From Pelomyxa schiedti (taxonomy: Eukaryota > Protista > Evosea): a DNA stretch of 41,546 nt. A program made the position numbers and the translations under genes. Where the stretch lies: the NCBI GenBank assembly GCA_020536535.1, contig JAHLWZ010000935.1, positions 1 to 41,546 on the forward strand, given 5' to 3'. Below the pieces are notes generated by a model. That model ran no database searches. It saw only the letters and a list, made by a program, of their open reading frames with translations, and had not been told where the DNA came from. Below are positions 24,666 through 38,403 of the stretch, in pieces. Each line of letters starts with the position of its first letter. Position 1 is the stretch's first letter.

Positions 24666-25628
24666 ATGGGCGGGGTGAAGTTCGTTGTGGTTGGGGACTC
24701 AGGCGTTGTCCCACCGGTGGACGCTGGTGAGCAGATACGGAACATATTTTTGGTGACTCAGGACACCCTGGCGCCCAGGGGTGCTCAGATGGCGATGCGC
24801 CATATGGCCTCGCAAGCCCTCTCCATCGCTTCGTTTATCGCTTGTGTGTACTGGTTGGCGATTAAGGGTTATGGGTTTATTTTTGGGACGTTCTTGTTAC
24901 TGATGACCGACATTTTCTTTTTCCTCCCTATAGGCGTTAATCTTCTGTGCCTATGTATATTCTGGGGAGTGGGAATAAGTAGCTTTTTGGTGAAAGTGGT
25001 GGTCTATTTGGGTGTAGCTTTGTGTGCTGCCGTGTGCATGTACATATTCCTGGTTTGGTATGCCAGGTACTTGTACAGGAAAGAAGTAGTGTACACTGCA
25101 CACAAGAGTGATTTGGCTGATCCCATAAGCTACTACAATCAATCCAACGGGTGTGAATAAACATCAAAAAAAATAACCCGTTACATGCTGTTTAACAGCA
25201 CGTTCTAACTCTTTTTCCATATTTTAATGCGCGAAATCGATTTCATTAATACCACTCTACTTTCCTACTCACTAACAATAAAACCTCCCACCTCTCGCAG
25301 GAAGTTCTGCCTCCTTGCCATTGACCAAGACAATGACCAGATAGTGTCCATGGCATTCCTAACCCCACATGATCCAGCTTCCAAGACCTGGAAGCTTACC
25401 AGAGTAGGCACACTACCACGCCACCAGGGGCGAGGCCATGCCACCAGGCTGGTCACAATGGCCCTCGATGTGGCCCAAACTAGGTGCCAGGCCTCGCATG
25501 TAATGCTCACTACAAGTGCCCCTCAGGAAGCTGCAGTTCACATCTACTCAAAGCTGGGATTCGTTGCGACTCACATTACCCCTCTAGTTTTTGGTGTGGG
25601 AGAACTGCACTTTGTGAAACACTTCTAA
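24666..25628 (+). CDS. Membrane-associated GNAT N-acetyltransferase (NAT8/camello-like)
   Basis: Two exons, 24666-25150 and 25301-25628. A long hydrophobic insertion is followed by KSDLADPISYY. It has acetyl-CoA motif A (LTRVGTLPRHQGRGHA) and motif B (LTTSAPQEAAVHIYSKLGF). Confidence 0.88.
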
Positions 25629-25733
25629 GGGGAAAAAATAAGAGTTTTCATTCTCTACTTCTCTTTTCTCTTGAATCCTCAACATTGCTACAAAAAGGGT
25701 GTTGGTGTTGGGTGTATGTGTGGAATGAATGTA

Positions 25734-28375
25734 TCAGGAGGATGATGTTGTGGCTGGGGGTGATGGTGAGGTGAGCCATTCAAGGGGAACGGAGGGTGTT
25801 CCCATTGGCTCTTGTCCACTTGTGGTTACACTGACTTGTGTTTGTTCAGTGCCCCACACAAAAGCTTCTAGGTCTCTCATGAAGCACAGCAGAATGGAAC
25901 TGCACAGCCGATACACGGTTTTGCATGTGCGGCCGGCGACATACACGCAGCAGTCGTGGCTGAAACCACTGCCGAGGACCGCAAAGTGATGGTGCATGCT
26001 AGTGAGCCCTATTGCTTTGTACAACATGTGTTCTGCAGGTTGTCATTGTAGTGTCAGGACCGGAAACATACCGCCAGGTTCAGCAACTTGCCCCTCCATT
26101 CTATTATTCCTCAATTTGTCCAGAATTTTCTGTACTATTGGTGCTGTAACGTCAGAGAGCTGTGAACCAGGGCTACCTGTTTCAAAAAAAAAAGTGAGTA
26201 ATGTTGGCTATCTATCTGATCAAGAATTACTTGAAGAGAAGGTAATATTAAGCTTTTTGATTATGTTGTTTCCCTCAACAGCCATCAAAATATGCGGAAG
26301 CGCGGCATATGATACAGTCTCTGTGATTACTTAATCAAAGTTTTGATAAGTGGAAAAATTGCCTTCAATGGAGAGTGATTGTAATCCCCTGCTAAATTCA
26401 ATTAACTCATACAGTGCAAATTGATCGCAAATATCTCTGTTGACTTGGTGTTCGTTAGACACTTTTTGTGACGCGGAAAAGGTAGGTAGTCTGCATACAT
26501 GATAGATTGAGGTGTTTTAGAGAGGAACTTGAGGTTTGCAATGAATCTCCCAGGAACTGCAAACCAATTCCGTTGATACGGTTGGCTGTAAAAAAAAAAA
26601 AGAAATTAAGATTACAGTAGGAATAAAGAAAAGTACACTCTAGACTTAGACTTTGCAAAGTATTATTGTTTCTTAGTAAGGTTGAGAATTTTAGGACACC
26701 CTGCTGTCCAATGTTATTTTCTATGGTGGGTTAATGGAAAGTACATAATGCTCGGAAGGATACTAGCAAATTTAAAGTTGACAATCAGTTTATTTTCAGA
26801 AAGTGCTGTACAAATTATATCGCTTTTTTTCCCGACAGTGGTGCTGGCATCCCCAGTCGAGAAAATGGCACTTAAGTTTAAATCACATATCGTAGATGTT
26901 GCTCGTATTAAGCTGGCAGCACCTTCTGCTCCAATATCATTTACTATTTGGCGTTGTATTAGAAAACAAGAACCACAGGGAGGCAACATACACCCCAAGT
27001 CCAGCAAGAGAAGTGAGGAATGAATCAATTCATTTGCTAGGGTTAACGCTCCGCGCTCAGTTATTCCACAATCTATGTCATTGCGTTACTTCAAAACACT
27101 TGACTGATGTCCATAGGAACACACTTTCTAAATATAGGCACACTAAGCTACTTTGGTTTCGAAGTAGAGTGGCAATATATTCTAGGCCAGCATTGCCAAT
27201 TAGTGGGTTATCTGAAAAAGGAATGTAAATGAATCAGAGGAAAAAAACATTATGATTACAGGCAATATCCAAGAGGAAAAGGGGGTATGCTCGACGAGCA
27301 AGAGCATTGGCAATATGTGAAATGCCAGTTGAAGTGAAGTAATTACCTAGACAACGTTATAAAAGTCATAATGAAAGAGGAATATCAATTGTACCACGTG
27401 CTATTAAACTTGTAAGAGAGCTATTTTTTATCAGAGCGGATTCAAGTGCAATTGCCAATGTGTCGGATTCTGACGCTACGGGGATGATGGCTGTAGTGTT
27501 TGTTAGGCTACTACATACCAAAGTGGGTGAATTTCAATCAAAAGAAAAAAAAAAAGGTGAGTGGTTACTTGACCAGAGATATTTAAAGTGCGTAATGTAA
27601 TGTTTGGGTCATTGAGAAGCCGTGATATAATTTCTGGCCTTCTCTCAAATCGGTTGTCTAAAAGTACTTTTTACACAATAGCCAGGCCAGGCGTTATTTA
27701 TACCACCCAAGTCCAGATTGTGTAAGTGCAGTCCCTCTTTCTTATTAAGGGCGGTGATGATAGATTCCACAACATTGGCGGTGAGCCTATTACCTAACTG
27801 AATGTTAATTGAGTTGCACAAGGAATCTACTAAAAAATTACTGCGTAAGTCCAGGTGACAAAGGGTATCATTCAATGTCAAGGCCACAGCCAGTGCTGAA
27901 GCCGTGGCAGCAGTTATAAATATACCTTCCCATAATTTTAGCCTAAAACCCAGAAGTATGTATGGTATGGAAACTATATGCAATTAGCTGTTTCCCACAC
28001 ACCTCTCAAGGACAACGATCTGATGGATCTATTACTTGCAAGGCTGGATGCAATCAAACAACCTCCTGCATCCCCCAAGTTGTTATCTGCTCAGTAAATC
28101 AGGAACAAAGCAAAATGCAAAAAAACGGTGGGGGAAAAAAAACCTCTGAGATCCAGCTTAACGACCCTGCATTTTTTTGGGTTGCCAATTGCGGCGGCTA
28201 TTCTGGCAATGGCACTGAAATCCAGTGACATCTTGGCGAACGACACCGATTTTGCCGTGAGCAGGGCATCCTCAAGTTGCAACTTCAACTTGGTTTGTTG
28301 CTGCTGTTGTGCTTGAGAAGTCGATGTCGCAGTCGTAGCACTGGCACTTACACTGGTGCTGGTTTTGCCTGACAT
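25734..28375 (-). CDS. RNI-like leucine-rich repeat protein
   Basis: Repeats across many short exons: NNLGDAGGCLIASSLASNRSIRSLSL, LNDTLCHLDLR, NDIGAEGAASL, NRINGIGLQFLGDSL..LKHLNLS. ATG at 28375 follows an A-run. Confidence 0.85.
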
Positions 28376-28710
28376 TTTTTTTTGTTTGTATTCAAGAAGT
28401 TTCGGGAATTCCATCGTTTCGGGTGCCCATCAGTCCCGTTGTAGGCTCACTGCAGGATAGAAAAACCAAAAAGATGTACCAGACCGAAACGACCTTGAGT
28501 GGCGCGGATGAAGCACCATTGGTAAAGCTATGCTGGGGTAGTTGCTTTTGCCGCTAATTCCGAAGACCGGGGGACCACAGTGTGTCCTGTCCTTACTGAA
28601 CGGCTGACGAACTCGGTCTCCAGCTCCATGTCCCCAGGTCCCGGCCCCAGCCCACCCCCGCTTATGGGAAACAAAAACGGTACGGGAAAACAAGACCAAC
28701 TTGGGGGGTA

Positions 28711-29757
28711 ATGATACTCCAACCAGCAGTTGGCGGGAAGGGGCGAGGGATAGCTGTCCTCGGCGCACCCCCGCAAATGCCGGGGGGCGCGGCGCGCGAT
28801 TCGTGGAACGCGCTTATCGTCGCCGATCTTCACATTTCGCCTGGCGCATACCACTCCGAGGCAGAACAACAGAGAGTACGTGCACGTTAGAGCCCACACC
28901 CACAATTCGAATCGACCCGATTGTTGTCGTTGTTGTCGCCTCAAACCGATATGGGGGTTTTAGGCATTGATGGATATACCGGCCATTGTACAGAAGCACG
29001 GTGTGGAACAGATCATTATCCTTGGCGACTTGTTCCAAATGGTGGCATATCCTGGATATCCTGAATTGTACCTGGATGTGATTGACAAACTAGTTGCATG
29101 CAATGTACCAATTATAGCCATTGGTGGTATGTGGCCTGCCCAGATTGTTTTTTTTTAAAAAAAAACTCGTACAAGTTGTGCGATTCACTATTAGTGCTTT
29201 AACTAGGAAATCATGACAGGCAATGGTTTGACTTGTATAAAAATGACTGGATAGCAAGAGCTCACGGACTGCTCAGCATCTATTCTGAGGTGATGCTGGA
29301 ACTTCACAACACGTGCGCCTCGGAAGGGGTTGATCCGTCTGAATTGCAAAGAGCTTATTTGACGCATGACGGTGTGTAGTTTCCTTTAGTTTTTCATTCT
29401 CGTTCAAATAATTGGCTAGGAGGAAACGGACAGTGGATTACACCCAAACAGAGGGAATCTTTTGTCATGGGGCTTCGGAGCTGCAATGGAATTCGACCCA
29501 CTGACTTACTTGTATGCGGACATGTGCACTGGCAAGAGGACTATATGAGCACCAATAATTCTGCCATTGTTGGTGGGCCCCAGAATAGCATCACGTTTTG
29601 CTATTGATATAATATAAAAACCCACGCTTACTCCTCGTATAACTGACACACTCAAGGTTGCCTCACAGCGAACAGGCACTATGGTGTACTCAGAACCTCC
29701 AATGCCACAGGCAACACAACACCCAAATTCCAACTATCCCTTCTTCAACACTCATAA
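28711..29757 (+). CDS. Calcineurin-like metallophosphoesterase
   Basis: All five motifs appear after splicing: IVADLH, ILGDLF, IGGNHD, LTHDG, VCGHVH. ATG at 28711, stop at 29755-29757. Confidence 0.88.
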
Positions 29758-30112
29758 TCTCTTTTTCATGAATACGAAACGTCATTAACTAAAAATAGTG
29801 ACTACGAAACAGTAGAAACACCAACCATGAACAAACAGGCACACTGCACACGTTACACTGGTTCTGGAAGCACATGGTACCCGCGAGAACTCTGATAAGA
29901 GTTCTGTAGGGTCCTGGTGCATCTCACTTCCATTTTTGTTGTAGCGAATCGTACTGCTGTTTCTACCCCGGCGAGTGACGACGACTTTCACTTGCGTGGC
30001 TGCTGTGAGGGACTATCCGAACTAACACCAAGGAGGGATGACATCAGACCGGCCCAACTACGTTGCGGGTGTTGGGTACTCAAACCCATCGTGCGTCGAG
30101 GCCAGGGGAAAC

Positions 30113-30200
30113 ATGGCCACCGACAACTTAGACATGTCTGACCCTGAGCTCAAGACTGCCTTTGACCAGTTCACGGCATCAGAGATCAACTGGTATTTCT

Positions 30201-30265
<65 letters not shown>

Positions 30266-30982
30266 TTGAATTAATAATTATAAATAAAAATATATTAGGC
30301 TCTTTTGGCCTAAAGCTTTTACTACTGCGTAGGTTGTTGTATGGCTATGTCCCAAAGTCTAACAAGCTGAAACTTTGTGAGTGTTTCTTCCCTCTTTCTA
30401 GTTACATTCGTTACCCGTTCCTAACTCCACTTGAATTGCAGACTCTTCTGGAACTGGTATTTAGAAAACAACCTACAAAGAATTCACATCACCTATTCTT
30501 TACAAATTCCAGAAAGTTTGGATGAAATGGTTGCCGAACTGAATGACTCAAGAGTAACTCCCAGTTTGCCAAGTTTCCGAGTACTAATATTTTCATTCCC
30601 ACCCTGTAAGGTATTATATGGGTTGCTAAGGTTCGAATACACACCAGGCCAAAAAAAAATTGTCTACATCACGTGGGCAGGAGAGGTGCGTTTCTATCTC
30701 ATCGCTGCTTATTCTTCTCCCAATTTCACAAAGGCTGCATCACCCGTTATCAAAGGACAAATAACCAGACACTCTGACGCCATTGCTAAGTTCCTCAAGG
30801 TTTGCCTTAAGTTTTTCTTCTTTCTTTTTTCCCATTTTTTGTGTTTCTAACAATACCCTCAACAACATACACAGCCCTTCCACCTACAAATCAATGCACG
30901 TGAAGAGAGTGACCTCTCAGAGGATATTGTGCGTGGCCGGCTGGCCAAGTGCTCTGCTTCGGGCTATGGTCCTGGCTACTAG
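30113..30982 (+). CDS. Coactosin-like ADF-H actin-binding protein
   Basis: Seven exons give MATDNLDMSDPELKTAFDQFTASEINWLLYGYVPKSNKLKLYSSGTESLDEMVAELNDSRVLYGLLRF..KKIVYITWAGE..PFHLQINAREESDLSEDIVRGRLAKCSASGY, a typical ADF-H (coactosin/drebrin) pattern. Confidence 0.9.
30203..30264 (+). repeat. 62-nt poly(T) tract in intron 1 of the coactosin-like gene
   Basis: Direct observation of an uninterrupted T run. Confidence 0.95.
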
Positions 30983-31121
30983 ATACAATGTTCCACAACC
31001 AAAAAACAAAAGAAGAAGAGCTAAGGCAATGAACGGGTTTATCACCCTCACTCATTCAATAGAAATTAGTTCAAACAGAAATTGATTATTGACTTTGGCT
31101 TTTTGTTGTTCAGATAAGTAA

Positions 31122-34100
31122 TTAAGATGAGTCGGGGTTTGCCTCCTCGTCGTCTACTTCACTTACGCGGTTGTTGTGTTCATCAAGGTAGTGGTCATAC
31201 AAGGAGAGAATCAATATGATGCGGTACTCTGGGTCTCCGAGGAGATCCGCAAACATGTTGTTCTTCTTCCGTGATGGAAGCCACAACGCCCCTTTGTCTA
31301 GGTCATTCACATAGTTCACTTTCTGCCAAGTTGTTAGCCAACAACCACTTTGTAAATGCAGTTGCTTACATTGTTAACGACCGCAATCTTTTTCCCAGTG
31401 ATGATGTAACGAATTTTGGGGGCTATGGCATTTCTCTCAGAACGGTTCATGTTACAGATTTTGTTGATAATCTTACGAGTGTAAGTACGTTATGAAAATG
31501 GAGGTTGTACCATTGGGAAATGCATTGTATAACGGCTAGACCTTCCGCACGTCGTTTTCACCCAGGTAACGAATACTTCCATGTCAGTTGATACTATGGC
31601 ATGCAGGGTGTCATTTTCAAAGGCCATTAACCGTTGTAAAGCTCTGCCCGAATGGTTGAGATTTCTTCTCCAAAAAGAAGTTACATACTGCCTGGCACGA
31701 ATTTGCACATTGACAATTTCATCTGCAAGTACAGAGAGACAGCGAGCAGGATCCGCAAAAGTGTCCATAAACCAACCTTCATCAATGCATTCACGAGCTG
31801 GCTTGTTCACACGATAACGGATACCATTGCCAACAATGGCACGTATCAAATTGAGACGGGCACATGGAGAGACGGTTCTTTATTCTGTGAGAGCAAGAAG
31901 TACAAGAAAAAGGTGTACTTGGAAAAGAAGGTAGTGGGGCTCAGTGTCTGTAAGTAGTGCAGTAAAGATTTAGATGGGCAGGCACCACAGGCTGCCAAAG
32001 TCGATGCAAAAGCTTCTTTTACAGAAACAATCCAAGGTTGTGGTGCAATACCCCAGTTTTTATCCACCTCTTCGAGAAGTAGGTTCTGCACAAATGATAA
32101 GGGTTGAAGTTGATTTCTTTCTTACTGTTGTGGGACTTGGTGTGCTTCCACGCATGCGGCCTAGCCACCAGGATGAATATACAAGCGCAGAATGTAAGGA
32201 ACTTATGGTTGGGTACCCTTGTCTCTCTACTTGCTGCAGTACTCTAACGATAGTAGGAATTGAAGCTTCTGAAAAGCTGAAAGAGTTAGAAAATGCATAG
32301 TAAGATGGAGCATGCCTCTCTGCAGAGAAGGTTGGATACGCTTTTCCTACAGTCTCATGGGTGGGTTTCTTCATAGTACAGTCAATAAATTCCTCATCTG
32401 CGGCGGCATCCTCTTGTTTTGTCAATCTCATAGCATATAAGCACAAAGGAGACGCAAAACTGGAAATACAAATTCTCCAAATCAGAGAGATTAATGTCCG
32501 TAGCGTAGTTCCCCAATAATATTTTCTCGAGAACACCCATTACCACCTTGTAAAACATGAGGTGGAAAACAAAAGTAGCTATACTTCATCAGAAGCTGAT
32601 CGGAAAATAGTAAAAGCAGATCGCCTCACAGCAAGAGATACAGCATTTATCCAAAAATGGTTCTAGTGATAAGGATTAAGGGCGAACTTCATATACTGCC
32701 ACAATACCCATTCAGTTTCTGACGGGAATAATTTCTCCAAACCTAAAAAGTTTGAGAATTTTTTTTTATTTAGAGGAAAATTACTTGGACGCGGAAGAAC
32801 AAGGAGATATCCAATTGCAGACATTATATTCTTGACTTAAAAATTTTAGTAGACTCCAGTAAATCGGGTCCATAACTCACTTTGATCCCGGGTTTCGTAG
32901 GGGCAAATTGAGAGGAACCTGGTAATTCGAGATTCTATTATTGGTAACCAGTTGAACTCTTGGGCGATTGCTAAACAGGTTCTCTGAAATTGAATGAGCA
33001 ATTTCAGAGGATGCTCCCCACATGGATGTCCGAGCCTAGCAGCCATGGTTCCCAATACCTGTCTTACATCAGTGCGAATGACACCCCGAAACAAACTTAC
33101 CAAGAAAATTGCGTCAACTTGCTCAGGTGTAAACCCAAGGGGGTCCAAGGAAACGTAATAACCTTACATGACAGGTTAATTTCTGGGTGCAAAGGCATCC
33201 TAAAAAGTACCAATAGATTGCTTTAATAGAATCCTCACAACTTTCCAGTGCTCTTGGTGAATGTATACTTCAAAGCTGAGAAGAGGAAAACATGGCAAGA
33301 AACTTACATGGAAGCCACGAATTGATTGGTTCGCGCCCTCTACCTCGTACAGCAACACCCATCTCAGAGCCTAAAGTTTGTGCTTTGTTATAATGTGTAG
33401 ATGAAAGGCATTTTGGAATACCAACACCGAAGCCTCCTGTTGTTTTTAAATGTCCTTGGATGTCTATTTGACATCTGATTGCTTCCTCTATGGCGGACTT
33501 TGCAAGATAAGTGCAGCTAATAGCATTGACACGTATTTGTGTTGGGTCATCAACAACCCACTCAGGACGACTGTGAAAGGCAAATGAGTGAAGGAACCAG
33601 AACTCATAATACAAAAAAACCTTACAGCAAGACCAAATCCGCACATGTCCTTGTCTCGAAGGAGGTCACGCCAATCCGAAAGTGACAAAATGCATGAAAA
33701 AAGGCTGACACTTTCCTCAGAAGCATCCCCAAAGGTAGTTTGGTCAACAACCTTGGGTCATTAAAGGAAGAAGTACAAAGAAGTTTCTTACATGCTGTTC
33801 AAGTACTTCTTGGTCCTTTTTAAGCACCATCGCATTCTTTGAAATTCGACGATCCATTCTTCTTCTTCGATTAGACTTAAACGTCCCTGCAAAGGCAATA
33901 TCTGCAAGTCTGGCCCTTTTCAAATAAATTAGTGGAATGATGGAATTCGATGCCTTCCTCTTTTTAACACACTTTGTTGCTGAACTCCAGACTCCACGTG
34001 CCCAGGTTGCCAATAGATCTAGCATCCTCGCAATCCGCAGCCGTTGGCTACTCATGAGATCCATTACTTGGGCACGTTGTACACGAGGAAGCTGGAAAAT

Positions 34101-36819
34101 ATCTTTGGAGTCTTGCCAGCGCTACTGAGGGTGAGATTGATCGTACAGGTTGCAGACACACTCGAAGAGAGGTTAAAACTCCTTGTAGTGAGGAGTTGTA
34201 TTGTCGGATCTCTGGGTCTGATGGTGGCTCTTTGTGTGCCCCTATTTTCCCAAATAGGGCATCCACTTGCAGTGAAATACCATACAAGGCTGAAATATAT
34301 TAATTTGTTACAGGGGGAAAGACAGGAAACACACAAGAAAGAACAATTGAAGAGTCTCCATCAAGTGCTGTCATGGTAACCGGGCACTCTAACTGTGCTT
34401 GAATCCTATCAGAGCCTTCTTTTCTGATCGCTATTTTCCCATTGACTTGTCTAGGAGGACGTAAAATTTCAGAAAGTAGCTGAAAGAATCCTACGCTGGG
34501 AGTTCGGCTGTTTTCTTGAGAGTCTGAACAAATGTTGCCTTTCCCCCTCTGTCAATGTTTGTCTTAACCTAGATTTCGAGGTTAGTTTTCAACAGAGTAT
34601 TTGAACCAACAGTTGCACAGTCAGTTGGTGGCCCATTCTCGTTGCAGAAAAGAAATCCAGGAATATTGAGAGTAATGGATAGTTGACCACCGTAAAGTGT
34701 GGCAACATCAAAGATAGCCTCAAGTTTCTGCTGCAACCCATGCTTTCCATCACTATCATCAGCAAAAAGGAAACCGCCTGGCTGGGTTCCAAGCTCTCTC
34801 CTCAGTCTATCCAAATCTTCAAAGCGATGACTTTCTGTGAAACCAACACAATGAACTGTTGCTGTGCAATTCTATGTTTAATGTGAAACTTGGTTATATG
34901 ATAACAAAAGAACCGGCAATGCATGTAAATATAATCGCAGAGAAGTATAGGACTGGAAAGCATTCCTTTTGGTTGTGTGGGTACCTACTTTCTGTCACTT
35001 TTTTTGTTTTTTTTTTTAAAAGAAAAAATACCATCTGTCATGAAACCAATCACAATGTCAAGATCGCCATGGGTGCGCGTGGTTTGTTTTATTACATCCT
35101 GGCAACAATCAAATGCCGATGCAAAACATGTCAGGCCACCTGGTGTTAACTATGTAGAACTGTTAGAAAATTTGGGCAGTTGAGGTAAAAAGAAGACATT
35201 TTCAATCTCCCGTTCTCTGTTTTGGGCAGTCCAAGAAAATCTGGACGCTGTAGAAGAGTACAAAATAACTTCAATGATTACATTTGGGTCTGAAAGAGGG
35301 TAAAAATTAGAACCAAGTGAGAGCTAAAAGAGAATCGTACCCGATTCACTTTCCTCCAAAATATATAGTAAAGCATTTTGCACTTGTCTCCATGCTGGTT
35401 TCATGGAGCCACTGCGGTCAACAACGAGAAGTAATAGTGTCTTTTTTTCGGCTGGCGGAGGTGTAGTCAAGGAAACTGTCAGGGTTGCATCAATTGTACT
35501 GGCATCACTTGAGTCAACTTGCTATAAAAGTGAGATGGGCCCATAAATCAATAGAAAAAGAAAAGACCAGTTGCTCAATGGCCATTTCAGCAGAAAACCC
35601 CTTGGTACCTACATCGTAATTGATGAAAGACTTTCAAGAGATATGCATAAATTACCAGCTGAACTGTGCTGTATGTCTTCTGCTGATAATGGTTTTGAAG
35701 AAGCTGTTGATGGAGGTGGAGTAAGAGTAACAGATCCAAGTGGAATTGTTGTTGCAATAGAGAACTGTCCATCAGGGTTGCGACTATTTCTTTTAGTGAA
35801 GCTTATTCACAGTGGGAAAAATGACTACCTAAGAGTGACGAGATCATTAACTGTAAATGTAACAGGCTTCCAAGCCATTTCGAAATCCAAAATGAAAGTC
35901 TTCAGTTTGGACTAAAGGAATTGGTATAAGAATGATTTTTGGGCACAAGATACTTTGGACATTCTTCCAATTGTCACTGTTGGAGGGGAATCAGGGTCTC
36001 GAATTTTTGCAGCACATTGTGGAAAAGCATCGAAAACTATTTTACGAAGCCGTGAAAGGGCACCAAAGGGCTGTATTGAATGTTTATAACAGGGATTGCG
36101 TCACATTGCCCTCCCAGACAAAGAGAGACAGGCACCTTGGCCTCAGGAATAAGGAATATTTCCCACTCCTCAGTTGCTGGATCCACTTCAACGTAATTAA
36201 AATTTCTCAAGTGAATTGTGAAAGGTGTGATCTGAGACAACTTTCCACACAAAAAGTCCGATGCTTGTTTGAGTGATTCAGCTGGCATAAATGGGCAAAG
36301 TCTAAACAAAAAGGTATGAATACAAATTCAAAATAGGGGACAAAAAAGGAAAAAAATGAAAATGAAAATAAAAAAAAAAAAACCCCACTCCCATAATCTC
36401 GCTTTGGCTCACAAAGGCACATGAGGAGGCCACAAAGCGCAGTCAGGATCCACCTGGGACCTCACACTCTGAATCGCCGCAAACGAGCTGTCGGTCGGCG
36501 AGGGCACGATGGCGAGCACGGTCGTCTGCGGGCGGCCCACCGTCGCGTACTTCTGCACCGTGGTCCCGGTCGCCCAGTGCGACGCCGAGAACGTCTTCTC
36601 CTCCCCGGACGACGCCGCCGACGTGGCCGCGCCGCTCGCCGTCGCCCTCCCCCCCGACCCCGACGCCGCCGGGGCCGCGGTGGCCCTCGGCGCCGCGACC
36701 CGCGACTGCGACGAGGTGGTCGTGGTGCTGCTGCTCGTGCTCGTGCTGGTGGTGGAGGTGGTCGTGGTCGAAGATCTAGCTGGCGCTGCGGTTGTCGTTC
36801 GTCTGTTAGAGCCCGACAT
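31122..36819 (-). CDS. Large protein: degenerate 2H phosphoesterase-like domain + VWA domain + uncharacterised C-terminal region
   Basis: S/T/A-rich N-terminus, then TVLAIVP..WPPHVPLLCPF..ITPFTIHLRNF..FPQC..PPTVTIG (2H, LENG9-like). VWA: LLLVVDRSGSM (MIDAS DxSxS, ~35402-35434), GGLTCFASAF, IGFMTDG, VHCVGF. The C-terminal region includes SRPEWVVDDPTQIRV, RGRGREPINSWLP and MDPLGF. Many introns. Confidence 0.8.
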
Positions 36820-37172
36820 GCCTCGAACTGTTGGAAATGCAAAAAAGAAAAAAAAACAAAAAAACCTGGACACGGTGTCGAAACGTCTTTTTCACGGCAA
36901 TCACTTGTTGGAAAGTCAGAAACCGGAAACAGAAAGAGGAATCACAGGATGGGGAGTTTGGGATCTTGTCGCAAGTGGAAATCTTTCCCGGATAACGGTC
37001 CTCCCCATTGACATGTGATTGTGCAGCAGAACCTCACCACCCTTCACATAGACCCCTCAGTCAAACACACCTCGTCTTTCTCCATTTGTAATACCGGGAT
37101 AATCTTAGATACACTTGCTTTATTTTAATGTTCGAATGAACTGCACAGCCAATTCAGACGAAATCCTGAGTC

Positions 37173-37828
37173 TCAGGGATATTCCTCACTCTGGAGCTGG
37201 GCGTAGCCCGTGCTGTTCTGCTTGGCTAGTAGTGGAGCGCCGTCGCCCGAGGACACGGATGATGGGAGGTCAGAGAACACAAGCTCCATATCTTTCTTCT
37301 GGCTCGCGTGCCTGTGCCTGTGCCTGTGCCTCTTCTTTGTGTTTGTTGGGGGTGCTCTCTCACCCATTTCCTCCAGAACTGTGGTCAGTGCAACCTGGGG
37401 CACATTTGGTGGTGAGTAGTTGTCATCGTGTTTTTGTTGTTATTGTTGCAGTTGGTTGGAGTGTGCAAGTTAGGTGAATTGAGTGATTGTTATTATTGTT
37501 GGTTTATGTTTTGTGGGGGGAGTGAAGATTGTAGGGATTGGTGTACCCGGTGCGGTTTGCTTGGGTCAGTGGAGGGTGGATCAGGTAACTGGCTCATACC
37601 ATCTATCACATCTTGTACCTTGATAAATGAAGATAGTTAGGGCCAAAGCAATATTTAGCTGGCTCACAGAAACACAGTCAGGTGGGAGAACCGAAAGTTG
37701 GATAGAGAAATGCGAAGTGTTGATAGATGGGTAGATACTGGAACAAGTTTGTCAGGGGGAGTGTATATAGCTGGCTCACCACCGCCACGCTGGCCTGGTT
37801 TTTTTGGCTTTGTGCGTTTGTGCACCAT
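37173..37828 (-). CDS. Small hypothetical low-complexity protein
   Basis: Three phase-0 exons are plausible: MVHKRTKPKKPGQ..DKLVP | VQDVIDGMSQLPDPP..PHR | VALTTVLEEMGE..YAQLQSEEYP*. The start could lie further upstream (~38118). Confidence 0.45.
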
Positions 37829-38403
37829 CAATGTCGCTGATGGGGGGCAATTGCTGCTGTTGGTATTTGGTTTGTTTGTTGTGGTGGTAGCAGTTGTGTG
37901 TGGTTGTGATTGTGAATTTGTTTGAAAGTTAAAATTAGCAGTTGCTTGTGGACTATGTGTATCAAACAGAGCAGACGCGAAATCCGTCTTCGAGTTTCCT
38001 TTGTTTTTTTTTTGTTTAAATAACCATTCAGCTCTGTAGAACTGGTAATACGAAGAAGTCCCACAAGTGAAAATATTTGTCATTTTTTAGTACCTGGTGG
38101 TGCTACACTAGCAGCCATGGTGCAAAAAAAACGACCGTCGACGAAGTCAGTGTAAAACCGATTGTTTACGGTAACTTTCTGAGCAGAAATGAAGATCCGA
38201 GGCGGGCTCTGGGGGACACTCTCGACTGATGTAAAGGGGAGCTAATCAGAGTGCATCACGTGAGATCCAGAGTTGACCCTCAGTTTCTCATACCAGTCTG
38301 CACTCTCTGATCACTTATCATATAATTCTCGCTGATTTCGTTTTCGGGGTGGCGGCTTTGCAGCCCAAAAACCGAGCGGAAAAAAGGAAAAAAAAACCAA
38401 CAC

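Noticed and set aside
30038-30274. Poly-Phe ORF
   Set aside because: It is a translation of the intronic poly(T) tract.
36421-37018. Long Arg-rich and Val/Ala-rich ORFs on the + strand and in an alternative - frame
   Set aside because: They are shadows of the GC-rich, low-complexity first exon of the 2H-VWA gene.
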